A DNA stretch of 63,917 nucleotides from an uncultured Bdellovibrionales bacterium (GCA_964452415.1 CAYVME010000001.1:1-63917), one strand, 5' to 3'. Positions 24,686 to 33,668 are shown, numbered from the stretch's first letter. A program made the numbers and translations. Notes: generated by a model not told the origin, from the sequence alone.

Positions 24686-27619
24686 TTAGAATTTTTTAAT
24701 CACAATATCCACAATGCGATTAAGATATTTTGAAAAATCAGACACTGAAATTTTTTCCCTGTATTCACTCAAAACAATTTTTTGAACTTCCTTTTTAACT
24801 TCCTTGAGAATTTCTTCCCTGCGAGTGGTGCTCTGCCAATTAAAACCATAAAGAGAGGTTACTGCTTCAATTTTTGATGTCAGATCAATAACGAACTCTT
24901 TCAAATTTTCATCGTTGCCGGTAACAAATTCCTGAGAAATAACAAACACGCCATATTCTCTTAAATTATATCCCAACTCGCCAGCCTCTGAGTTTTTTGC
25001 TTTTATCTCTTTGAGAAGTTCATAATATTTCTTGATTCTTTCTGCAAGTTCAATTTGGCTTTTTTCAAATTCACTCCTGATGGCTGCCAGTCTTTCGCTG
25101 AATTTTTGAAAAATTGGATTAAGATCCAGATTTATTGAAATTTCTCTTTTTAATAATTTTTCCAAAGCGCGCGCTTTTTCTTCATCACTGGAAAAATATT
25201 GATTATCCAAAGTCGCCAAATCATGAATGGTCAACTCTCGGAAATTTTTCGTGATTCCTTCGTAGTCAATTTTTTCCTGGATAAGTTTTTTTACCTTTTC
25301 TCCATATTCAGCCAGCACACTCATGTCATCATCTTGGGATTTGAACTCCTTGGAAAATGCCAAATAGAAACTCGTGATCCATTCAAATTTTCTCAAATAT
25401 TGTTTCAAAAAAGGATCCGGAGAAAGAATTTCAAACAACAATTTCAAGCGTCCATATTTTTCTGAAAATTTCTGTTGCAATTCCTCCTTGCCAGCAAAAA
25501 TTCCAAGACACTTTCTCAAATTGATTATTGTCGGATCCTCAATATTCACGCCATTAAAAATTTGCATGATATCATTTAGCAAGGATGTGAATTCTTTTTT
25601 CACTTTTTCAATATCAATCATGGCGCTCTCCACCACGCTCTCATCGAAATTCAAGGCTTCATAAAGATTTCTGGTAACTCCATAATAATCAATAATTTTT
25701 CCACAACCTTTGTTTTGATAAACCCTGTTTGTTCTGGCAATTGCCTGCAAAAGATTGTGATCACGAAGTGGCTTGTCCAGGTACATCACCTGTTCCAATG
25801 GAGCGTCAAAGCCAGTTAGGAGCATGTCACACACAATCAAAAATTTTAATGGATCATTTGGATCCTTGAAACGAGCAATAATATTTTCGCGCTCTGCTTT
25901 GTTGGTGTTGTATTTTTTCAAATCATCCGCGTCGCTGTTTGGATCACCGGGAGAAAAAACAACTTCAGACCATTCGGATGGCACAAGTTTGTCAAAAAAT
26001 TCTTTATACTTTGCAGCTGCCATGCGATCATAGCAAACAACTTGTGCCTTGAATCCATTTGGCTCAACATACAACCTGTAATGTTCAATAATGTCTTGAG
26101 CCACTGCTTCCATGCGACTATCAAGCTTAATTAAAGCTTCTTTTTTACCATATTTTTTGATCAATTTATTTTTTTCTTCTTCTGTCAGCCCAACCGTTAA
26201 AGCGTCGAATTGAGCCTCAATTGCGGTCTCATCAATGAAAAACTTAGACAAACGAGCTTCATAGGTTACTGGCAGTGTCGCACCGTCATCGATTGCTTGC
26301 TTGATGGAATAGTAATCAAGATATCGTTCGCCGTCTTGTCCGAAATTTCTGTGAGTGTTGGTAGGATTTTTATCAATCGGTGTTCCCGTGAAGCCAAAGA
26401 AGAAGGCGTTTTTCATGGCACTTCTCAAATTTATTGCGGAAACACCTTCATTATCGCGGTGAGCTTCATCAGAAAGCACGATCACATTTTCATCCAGGTT
26501 TTCGATTGCACTGCCCAATTCGGAAAACTTTTGGATTGTAGAAATGTAAATTCCACGCTCGGATGATTTTATTTTCTTTTCAAGCTCTCTTCGCGATGTG
26601 ATTCGCTCAACATTTTTTCCTCCGCAATTTATGAAAGTGTTATAAATCTGATCATCCAAATCAATGCGATCAACCAAGATGAAGATTTTTGGATTGTTCA
26701 ATGTTTTTTCAAAGCGCAATTTCCAAGCAGTGAAAAACATTGTCAAACTTTTGCCGCTTCCTTGTGTGTGCCAGATCAACCCCCTTTTTTCTTCTCCTTT
26801 TTTCACACGCTCAAGAATTTTGTTGGTCGCGCGCATTTGCTGATAGCGACAAATTTTCTTTATTGTTCTCACGATGCCATCAGAATCTTTTTCATTTTCA
26901 AACAAGATGAAATTCTCAATCACATCTAGAATATTCTTCTTGCTCAGAAGTGCGGTCAATGTCATTTCCAACTCTCCGCCAAGTTCTTTTTCCAATTCCT
27001 CATCTCGCCATTGCAAGAAATATTGCTTCGATGCATAAGTTGCACCATACATGGTCTTGAGTCCATCAGTCACGATATTGAAACAGTTTGGCAAAAACAG
27101 TCGCTGAGCATTTTTTTCATATCGCTTGATCTGGCCGATCGCATTTTCATAGCTCACACTGCTTGAAGCTGTTGGGCTTTTGGCCTCAATGTCCACCACA
27201 GGAACTCCATTGAGAAAAATCAGCACATCAGGACGAATGTTTTCGGAGCTGCCTTCAAAATAGAATTGGTTCGTGACGACAAATTGATTGTTTTCAAAGT
27301 TATCAAAATCAACAATCAAATAGTCTTGCATTTTTCCTGTTTCAGGATCTTTCAGATTCACACCATCGCGAAGAACATTCAAAAATCCCTCATTGGTATC
27401 AACCTTTTTAATTTCACGAATGATATTTTGAACTTGCATGTCATCATCAAACTTGTTGATTTTTTTGATCGCCTCAGCCAAAAGTGGCACAATCAAAAAT
27501 TCACTCTCAAATTCCCGCAGCTTTGAAAATTCTTCTGGCTTAATATATTTATATCCAAGTTTTTCTTGGATGAATTTAATGATGTGATTTTCAACCGTGT
27601 ACTGTTCGTTAAATTTCAT
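24686..27619 (-). CDS. hsdR: type I restriction enzyme, R (endonuclease/helicase) subunit
   Basis: 977 aa. N-terminal nuclease region (PDVLIFLNGVPVVDIEAK), helicase motif I HTQGSGKSLTM, motif II VLSDEAHRD, motif VI QAIARTNR. Confidence 0.92.
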   Translation of the reverse strand: MKFNEQYTVENHIIKFIQEKLGYKYIKPEEFSKLREFESEFLIVPLLAEAIKKINKFDDDMQVQNIIREIKKVDTNEGFLNVLRDGVNLKDPETGKMQDYLIVDFDNFENNQFVVTNQFYFEGSSENIRPDVLIFLNGVPVVDIEAKSPTASSSVSYENAIGQIKRYEKNAQRLFLPNCFNIVTDGLKTMYGATYASKQYFLQWRDEELEKELGGELEMTLTALLSKKNILDVIENFILFENEKDSDGIVRTIKKICRYQQMRATNKILERVKKGEEKRGLIWHTQGSGKSLTMFFTAWKLRFEKTLNNPKIFILVDRIDLDDQIYNTFINCGGKNVERITSRRELEKKIKSSERGIYISTIQKFSELGSAIENLDENVIVLSDEAHRDNEGVSAINLRSAMKNAFFFGFTGTPIDKNPTNTHRNFGQDGERYLDYYSIKQAIDDGATLPVTYEARLSKFFIDETAIEAQFDALTVGLTEEEKNKLIKKYGKKEALIKLDSRMEAVAQDIIEHYRLYVEPNGFKAQVVCYDRMAAAKYKEFFDKLVPSEWSEVVFSPGDPNSDADDLKKYNTNKAERENIIARFKDPNDPLKFLIVCDMLLTGFDAPLEQVMYLDKPLRDHNLLQAIARTNRVYQNKGCGKIIDYYGVTRNLYEALNFDESVVESAMIDIEKVKKEFTSLLNDIMQIFNGVNIEDPTIINLRKCLGIFAGKEELQQKFSEKYGRLKLLFEILSPDPFLKQYLRKFEWITSFYLAFSKEFKSQDDDMSVLAEYGEKVKKLIQEKIDYEGITKNFRELTIHDLATLDNQYFSSDEEKARALEKLLKREISINLDLNPIFQKFSERLAAIRSEFEKSQIELAERIKKYYELLKEIKAKNSEAGELGYNLREYGVFVISQEFVTGNDENLKEFVIDLTSKIEAVTSLYGFNWQSTTRREEILKEVKKEVQKIVLSEYREKISVSDFSKYLNRIVDIVIKKF

Positions 27620-27634
27620 AATGATTTCTTTAAT

Positions 27635-28228
27635 TTAATTTTGTTCCAAATCTTCACCCACTGTTTTAAGAATATCAGATACCTTCCTTGCGAAAATATC
27701 TATTTTTTTACTAAATTCTGTGATACTCGCTGCTATTTCACCTTTATCATGATCACTTATTGTTATTGGAAAACATCTCATTCCCTCAAATTCAAGTGGT
27801 TGCGTATATTGTCCCTTAGTTAAGGGGAAAAACTTATTACTTATATTAATAAAACTTTTTGCTATATCGTTATAATCCCCCTCTAAGCTAGGAAACCACA
27901 CAATGGTTTCGTTAAATAAGTTTTGTTGATGACTCCCATATTTTTCTTTATTAGTTTTAGGATCAAATTCTGTTAAATCATACAAACCATTATTTAAAGA
28001 TATTTGTATATTCCCAACAATCATTTTATACGATTCGAGAGAATTAAAAATTAATCTTGTTGATTTCTGCAACTCTAAATATTTCTCTTTCTTATATAAA
28101 AATTTGCGCTCCTTATCAAACCTCCTTGAGGTAAATACTTCACTGACGACCAAGGTTGCAATACTAGACACTAATGATAGCAATACTCCTAAAATTATTT
28201 GGGCATTCTGTATAAAAAATCCTTCCAT
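27635..28228 (-). CDS. hypothetical N-terminally membrane-anchored protein inserted between hsdS and hsdR
   Basis: 197 aa. One TM helix (IILGVLLSLVSSIATLVVSEVF) followed by a soluble domain with no recognised motif. Gaps of 4 nt and 15 nt to its neighbours. Confidence 0.55.
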   Translation of the reverse strand: MEGFFIQNAQIILGVLLSLVSSIATLVVSEVFTSRRFDKERKFLYKKEKYLELQKSTRLIFNSLESYKMIVGNIQISLNNGLYDLTEFDPKTNKEKYGSHQQNLFNETIVWFPSLEGDYNDIAKSFINISNKFFPLTKGQYTQPLEFEGMRCFPITISDHDKGEIAASITEFSKKIDIFARKVSDILKTVGEDLEQN

Positions 28229-28232
28229 AAGT

Positions 28233-29492
28233 TTAGCTACTTACTCTCACTTTCCCACTCAAGAGATCTCGCATAAGACCTTTTTTGAGTTCAGTGAGTT
28301 TTTCTTTTATTTGCTTATTTATTGAAATTTTTTCATCAATATTCGAAAGAATTTCTGCAATCTTGATTTGTTCTGCGACAGAAGGCATAGCAAAAATAAA
28401 TCTTCCAATTTTTTGAGGAGATGTATGCCTAACTGTAGTGCCTGCTGCAGTAGAAAGAATCATGTCCCTATAATCGCTAGCTCTTAACCTCCAATATAAA
28501 AACTCCTTATAAATTTGCTCATTCAAAAAAGACACTTTCCCCAATCGTTGATTATGCAAGAAAGTATTTTCTGGACTGTTTGGCGCCAAGGCAGGATATC
28601 CAAGAGTATCTCCAGCTTTACTTAAATCAGTCATCGTTAATAACATTTGTCCAGCATCCAGAATGTATTCTCGTGGCAATTCACCTTTGCCTCCTAAATA
28701 ATATTTGAATTTACTGTCATTGAAACCGCCACCAATTTTGAAATTTCCAGGTGTTAATAATATGTATGATGTTTTTACATCAGTAAAATAAACTCCCTTA
28801 AATGCATAACCGTGTTTTATTTGGATAATATTAGACAACCCTACAATATCCCACTCATACGGAATCATCCCTAGTTTAGTTTTTTTGAATTTCGTGTGTC
28901 CAATGCCTTTTGTGAAAAGTTCTTGCATTAATCCTTTTTTCAATTCTTCTGTCTTTTTGATCACCTCATCAACTCTTTCAATTTCAGCATCTGCACCACC
29001 CAAAATCCCAGCAATTTTATTTTGTTCTTCAAGTGATTTTGGTTTTACTGTTTTTATTTTTCTTAGACTATCGGAATTAATAGCTGTAAATGTCGATCCT
29101 TGAGATAATTTATTAAATTCATCTTTTAGATTTTGCAAACAATAATATAAGAACTCTTGCGAATTTCCCTTTTTAATATTAAAACTTGCCAATCCTCTCC
29201 CAATACATGCCTTAGTATTATTCAAAAATACATCCCCAACTGGCGCTCGCACTGAAAACAAAATGCTACCATTTTCTGAAATTTTTGTTGGCGCAGTAGT
29301 CCATTGTCTAACTCTCGGATATTTATTTCCTTTTATAAAGTCTGCATTTCCTTGAAGAAATGGCAGACCTTCGCCATTCTGATTATAACTCGCTGAAGAA
29401 GGAGACTGACCCATAATCAAATCAGCGAAATCTTGCAATTCCACTTCCTCCCATCCCTCTGGAATATTTTTTTGTAATTTATTATTTTTCAT
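28233..29492 (-). CDS. hsdS: type I R-M specificity subunit
   Basis: 419 aa. Two target-recognition halves, each followed by the conserved coiled-coil repeat (KKTEELKKGLMQELFTKG / KEKLTELKKGLMRDLLSGKVRV). N-terminal LPEGWEE-type start. Confidence 0.88.
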   Translation of the reverse strand: MKNNKLQKNIPEGWEEVELQDFADLIMGQSPSSASYNQNGEGLPFLQGNADFIKGNKYPRVRQWTTAPTKISENGSILFSVRAPVGDVFLNNTKACIGRGLASFNIKKGNSQEFLYYCLQNLKDEFNKLSQGSTFTAINSDSLRKIKTVKPKSLEEQNKIAGILGGADAEIERVDEVIKKTEELKKGLMQELFTKGIGHTKFKKTKLGMIPYEWDIVGLSNIIQIKHGYAFKGVYFTDVKTSYILLTPGNFKIGGGFNDSKFKYYLGGKGELPREYILDAGQMLLTMTDLSKAGDTLGYPALAPNSPENTFLHNQRLGKVSFLNEQIYKEFLYWRLRASDYRDMILSTAAGTTVRHTSPQKIGRFIFAMPSVAEQIKIAEILSNIDEKISINKQIKEKLTELKKGLMRDLLSGKVRVSS

Positions 29493-29503
29493 TATTAAAA
29501 ATT

Positions 29504-29875
29504 CTAATTTAGTAAGGGGTTTAATTCAAAAAATTTATTTTTTATTTTCGATAAGTCATTAATCTTCATTTCAAAATATTTCTTAATATATGCATCGTAT
29601 TTATGATTTTTAATAGTAGAAATATTTTCCAAACTTTCAATGCTAAACTTTTGATCAATATTTCGTTGATTTGAAATGATGTGAAAATGTGGTGGATTAT
29701 GATCTCCGGAGCGAACAAAGACCATTAAATTTTTGCTAATACCAGTTTTTACAAATCCCTTAGTTATCATCTCACCCATTTCTATCTGAAAGCATCTGTC
29801 CATTCCCAAGGATATGTCCTCGAATTCAAAAATTTCTTCTTCTGAATTATTTTTTTGTAATTTATTGATTTCCAT
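29504..29875 (-). CDS. DUF4160-domain protein carrying a duplicated hsdS 5' end
   Basis: VFVRSGDHNPPHFHII matches the DUF4160 HxPPHFH motif. The first ~12 codons (MEINKLQKNNSEE) repeat the hsdS start (MKNNKLQKNIPEG). Confidence 0.6.
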   Translation of the reverse strand: MEINKLQKNNSEEEIFEFEDISLGMDRCFQIEMGEMITKGFVKTGISKNLMVFVRSGDHNPPHFHIISNQRNIDQKFSIESLENISTIKNHKYDAYIKKYFEMKINDLSKIKNKFFELNPLLN

Positions 29876-29880
29876 AAAAT

Positions 29881-30567
29881 TTAATTGTGGACTCTTGTAA
29901 TTTCAAATTCTTCCAAATTTTCTCTGAGAGACAATGCATGATTTATATAAAAGTCATGATTGCCAATGAAGTCTGCCCACTTAACAGGATGCACATACGA
30001 ATGATCTTCTCCATAATGATGATGTCCACCACATGAATCACATTTTTTCTGATTTTTATTTTTTCTATTAAACATATTTTTATTCAAAATCGAAAAATAT
30101 GTATGTGTTTGCCAATTTGTTACGCAATTTTTATGCGCAACAGCATATTCATAGCTGCCACTCATATCCGGCAAAACAACAGCAAGCATCGCGTTTGTCC
30201 TACTAATCCTGTCACCCCTCGTTTTATTGCGCAAAGAATATACGACCTCCCTAGGAATCCATTGTTCTTTCTCTAATTTTAATCTATCCCGCATATTTGG
30301 AGAAATTAAAACTATTGTGACAGAGCTATCAAAAATTTTCTGTTTCAACTTTGAGTCTATTGTATCATCTGACAAATCATCCATAGCCTCATCGCCCAGC
30401 TCTCCCTTGTATATATGATTGCTGCCAACAACATCAATTATTTTGTCCACATAATGCCTGGGCGTATGAAGATATCCAGTATCTGCTGACGGAGTGTATT
30501 CACTCAAAGGAAAAACATTTGAATCTTTATACTTATAACTTACAAAAATTTTTCTTGAAGTATCCAT
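29881..30567 (-). CDS. TIR-like domain protein (DUF1863 / ThsB-type) with Cys/His-rich C-terminal region
   Basis: N-terminal RKIFVSYKYKD strand motif; VTIVLISPN; QWIPREVVYSL, a W-x3-E motif where TIR enzymes carry the catalytic Glu; C-terminal CDSCGGHHHYGEDH. Confidence 0.55.
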   Translation of the reverse strand: MDTSRKIFVSYKYKDSNVFPLSEYTPSADTGYLHTPRHYVDKIIDVVGSNHIYKGELGDEAMDDLSDDTIDSKLKQKIFDSSVTIVLISPNMRDRLKLEKEQWIPREVVYSLRNKTRGDRISRTNAMLAVVLPDMSGSYEYAVAHKNCVTNWQTHTYFSILNKNMFNRKNKNQKKCDSCGGHHHYGEDHSYVHPVKWADFIGNHDFYINHALSLRENLEEFEITRVHN

Positions 30568-30569
30568 GA

Positions 30570-30974
30570 TTAAAATATGCTAATTAGAAATATTATTATC
30601 AATGTCGGGATATAAAAATATGCCAATGTATTAGAAAACATACAATAGCAAATCGATGTTTTTCGTAGACTATTAAACTCGTCCGTATTCATTGAAAAAT
30701 CAATATCATCTTCTTTTAACTTTCTAACTTTATCATATAAGCATCTGTAACTGCGCTCCAAAGACAAAAAGTAAGCGTCATGAATCCAAAATATCAAAAC
30801 AACGAGCACCAATATTACCTGCAACTCATTGCGGCCAACTTCCAAGAATGCAACCGAGAGACCAACTACAAGTGTAATCATCCAGCCGCGCAATGTGAAT
30901 AAATTACCACTCATTCTGGTGATCACTCCCTGAATTAATTCAAGGTGCTTTAATCTTTTTTCATTTTCACTCAT
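30570..30974 (-). CDS. small 3-TM membrane protein (SLATT/DUF4231-like effector candidate)
   Basis: 134 aa. Amphipathic N-terminal helix LELIQGVITRMSGNLFTLRGW, a TM hairpin (MITLVVGLSVAFLEV / LQVILVLVVLIFWIHDAYFL), a charged helix and a C-terminal TM. Stops 2 nt before the TIR-like ATG. Confidence 0.5.
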   Translation of the reverse strand: MSENEKRLKHLELIQGVITRMSGNLFTLRGWMITLVVGLSVAFLEVGRNELQVILVLVVLIFWIHDAYFLSLERSYRCLYDKVRKLKEDDIDFSMNTDEFNSLRKTSICYCMFSNTLAYFYIPTLIIIFLISIF

Positions 30975-31072
30975 AAATTTTTAGTTATTACTTGCTATTT
31001 TTTAGCCTTAATCTTTTTCACGCTTTTCTTTCTTAATTTAAACTTGTGCATTTTTTGCACTAGTTGATTTTT

Positions 31073-31972
31073 TTATGATAATAATTTTTGAATATCTTCC
31101 TGACTAAATTCCTTTCTATAATCAATCAACTTTGGATGTTTGATTTTTCTGAGCTCTTCATCATATGTTGCCATGATATTTCTTGCTCTTTTTTGATAGA
31201 CCAACCAATTTCTTTGAGATGAAAATTCTTCAAATATTTTTTCAAACTCCCTCTGTGTCAACATTCTGCCCAATTTTTTGAATTCTTTTTCAACTTCCCC
31301 TGCCAAGCCAGTTTCAAATGCTCCAATAATCAAAACGATCTCCTCATACATTGAATTTCTGGTCAAATCTTTTTTGACAAGATTCAAAAGCTTTCGATAT
31401 TCTTTGGCTCTTTCCAGGAACAAAAAATTATACAACATGTCGGTGTATGTTCCATAAATTTTTACGGCTACGAAATCTTTTATGCAATCAGTAAAATCTC
31501 TGCGGTATTCCTTTGTTTCTTCTCTGGTTTCAAAAAATTGACTAGCAAGTTGATTGATGAATTTCGGATCCATGGTTGCGATCTGCATGACCTTTTTGAA
31601 ATCACTTTCAACTCTGATGAAATATTTTCTGACTTTTTTACCTATCTCACTATTTTCAATCATCGCAAGCTCCTTGGCCATGTCCACGGAAATAATATAG
31701 TCTTTAGCAACAACTTTTCCGGTTTTTGGGTCTTTAGCTTTTGCTTTATTTGAGGCAATTTTTCCATCCCCCGATTTGGTGATGGATGCAGGAATGGATG
31801 TAAAATAATCCAAATTTTCCACAAAATCATACTTCTTAATTCTGTCTTTTATCCATGTAGAAAAGTCCCTACCAACATTCAACCATGAGTGCAACTCCCT
31901 GGCATTTACAAATCGCTTCTTATCCCCATTGAAATCTTTTTGGATTACTTTTATATTTATAAGTTCATTCAT
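31073..31972 (-). CDS. AntA/AntB-type phage antirepressor-domain protein
   Basis: FVNARELHSWLNVGRDFSTWIKDRIKKYDFVENLDYF...DYIISVDMAKELAMIENSEIGKKVRKYFI matches the AntA domain. C-terminal ~170 aa unassigned. Confidence 0.55.
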   Translation of the reverse strand: MNELINIKVIQKDFNGDKKRFVNARELHSWLNVGRDFSTWIKDRIKKYDFVENLDYFTSIPASITKSGDGKIASNKAKAKDPKTGKVVAKDYIISVDMAKELAMIENSEIGKKVRKYFIRVESDFKKVMQIATMDPKFINQLASQFFETREETKEYRRDFTDCIKDFVAVKIYGTYTDMLYNFLFLERAKEYRKLLNLVKKDLTRNSMYEEIVLIIGAFETGLAGEVEKEFKKLGRMLTQREFEKIFEEFSSQRNWLVYQKRARNIMATYDEELRKIKHPKLIDYRKEFSQEDIQKLLS

Positions 31973-31985
31973 ATTTTTATTTTAG

Positions 31986-33668
31986 TTAGTATTTCAACTC
32001 CTTCAAAAATCCCTCCACTTTTTTGTCAGCTTCCATTCGTTGTTTTTCCAATTCTTTCAGTTCAGTGTAAACTTTTTTCACATCGATTTGAATCTCTTCT
32101 TCACTTGAATCAATGTATCTGCGCACATTCAAGCTGTAGTCATTTTCTGCAATCTCAGTCTCATCAACCACGCGAGCATATTTTTCAACATCTTGATATG
32201 TGTCATATGAGCTGACAATTTTTTCAATGTCTTGGTTTCTGAGTGTGTTTTGATTTTTTCCTTCTTGAAATTCTTTTTCAGCATCAATAATGAGAATTTT
32301 GCCTTTCCTTTCTTTTGGCTTATTTTTGTTAAATATAATTACAGCCACTGGGATGCCAGTGCCATAAAAAAGTTTTGCTGGCATCGCAATCACTGCCTCA
32401 ATCAAATCATTTTTGATGATCTGCTCCCTGAGTCGTCCTTCTGCACCACCACGAAACAACACACCGTGCGGAAGCACAATGCCAGCCCTTCCATTTGGCG
32501 CAATTGATTTGAGCATGTGCAAGACAAATGCGAAATCAGCATTTTTTTCAGGTGGCATCTCATAACCTTCAATTCTGCCATATCTATCACCTCTAAAAGT
32601 TTCGTATTCGTAATCTTTAATCGAGTAGGGCGGATTCGAAACCGCGATTGAAAACTGTTGAAGCCCGCCAAGCTCATTCAAAAATTGCGGATTGGCAATT
32701 GTGTCGCCTCTTCTGATGTCAGCACTGTCAAGCCCATGAAGGAACATATTGATTTTGCAAATCGCATAGGTTCCAATGTTTAATTCTTGTCCATATAAAT
32801 AGAGCGACTGCGCAATTTTTTCTCCAGCTTTTTCTTTGAGATAATGATACGCCTCCAAAAGAAAACCTCCTGAGCCCACGCACATGTCATATATGTGGTC
32901 TTTTTGGTGAGGTTTCAATATTTGAATGATGACACGCTCGACCTCGCGAGGACTGTAGAACTCGCCACCCTTTTTACCTGCATCAGCAGCAAACATTTTT
33001 ATAATATATTCATAAGCATCACCCAGAAGATCAGAACTGATGTATGAGTTGTTGAAATTGTATTGTGAAAAGTGATTAATTAGTCGCTGCAATGTTTCAT
33101 TTGAAAATTTGTCCTTGTTTGCAAAATCAAGGTCATCAAAAATTTTGTCCAGTTTTGGACTGTTTGCATTGCTAAGTTTGTCAAAAATTCCATTGAGACT
33201 TTGGCCAATGTTTTCAGCTTGCTCTTCAATGATTTTCCAGCGACAATCTTTTGGAACCTGAAATTTGTGATTATAGTCAGCCCGAGCAATTGCATCATCG
33301 CCAAACTCTTTCAAAAGTTTTTCATATTCTTCATCCCAAACATCACTGATGCGCTTGAAGAACAAAAGTCCAAATATGTATTTTTTGTAATCACCACTGT
33401 CGATTTTTCCGCGCAGAATGTCCGCACTTTTCCAAAGAAATTTTTCCAACTGCGAGAGTGTCAATTTGTTTCCCAATTGAGCTTTTATGATTTCAACATG
33501 CTTTTCAGTGTATCTCCTGTCTTTTCTGTCACCAACCCGAAGAGGAACGATGATTCCATTTTTTTCCCAATTGCGCAAAGTGTCCTGATGGATATTGAAT
33601 TCCTCGGAAATTTCTTTTATTGTATAATTCTTTTTTTCCTTTTTTGAGGCTGTTGACAAGTTTTTCAT
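31986..33668 (-). CDS. hsdM: type I R-M N6-adenine DNA methyltransferase subunit with N-terminal MerR-like HTH
   Basis: HsdM_N-like FLWKSADILRG, AdoMet motif DMCVGSGGFLLEA, catalytic SNPPYS. The N-terminus YTIKEISEEFNIHQDTLRNWEKNGIIVPLRVGDRKDRRYTEKHV is MerR/excisionase HTH-like. Confidence 0.9.
   Translation of the reverse strand: MKNLSTASKKEKKNYTIKEISEEFNIHQDTLRNWEKNGIIVPLRVGDRKDRRYTEKHVEIIKAQLGNKLTLSQLEKFLWKSADILRGKIDSGDYKKYIFGLLFFKRISDVWDEEYEKLLKEFGDDAIARADYNHKFQVPKDCRWKIIEEQAENIGQSLNGIFDKLSNANSPKLDKIFDDLDFANKDKFSNETLQRLINHFSQYNFNNSYISSDLLGDAYEYIIKMFAADAGKKGGEFYSPREVERVIIQILKPHQKDHIYDMCVGSGGFLLEAYHYLKEKAGEKIAQSLYLYGQELNIGTYAICKINMFLHGLDSADIRRGDTIANPQFLNELGGLQQFSIAVSNPPYSIKDYEYETFRGDRYGRIEGYEMPPEKNADFAFVLHMLKSIAPNGRAGIVLPHGVLFRGGAEGRLREQIIKNDLIEAVIAMPAKLFYGTGIPVAVIIFNKNKPKERKGKILIIDAEKEFQEGKNQNTLRNQDIEKIVSSYDTYQDVEKYARVVDETEIAENDYSLNVRRYIDSSEEEIQIDVKKVYTELKELEKQRMEADKKVEGFLKELKY

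Noticed and set aside
29881-30974. Canonical Thoeris (type I or II) annotation for the TIR-like gene pair.
   Set aside because: No SIR2/SLOG or Macro-domain ThsA is encoded nearby. The partner is only a 134-aa 3-TM protein, so the pair is kept as a novel candidate instead.
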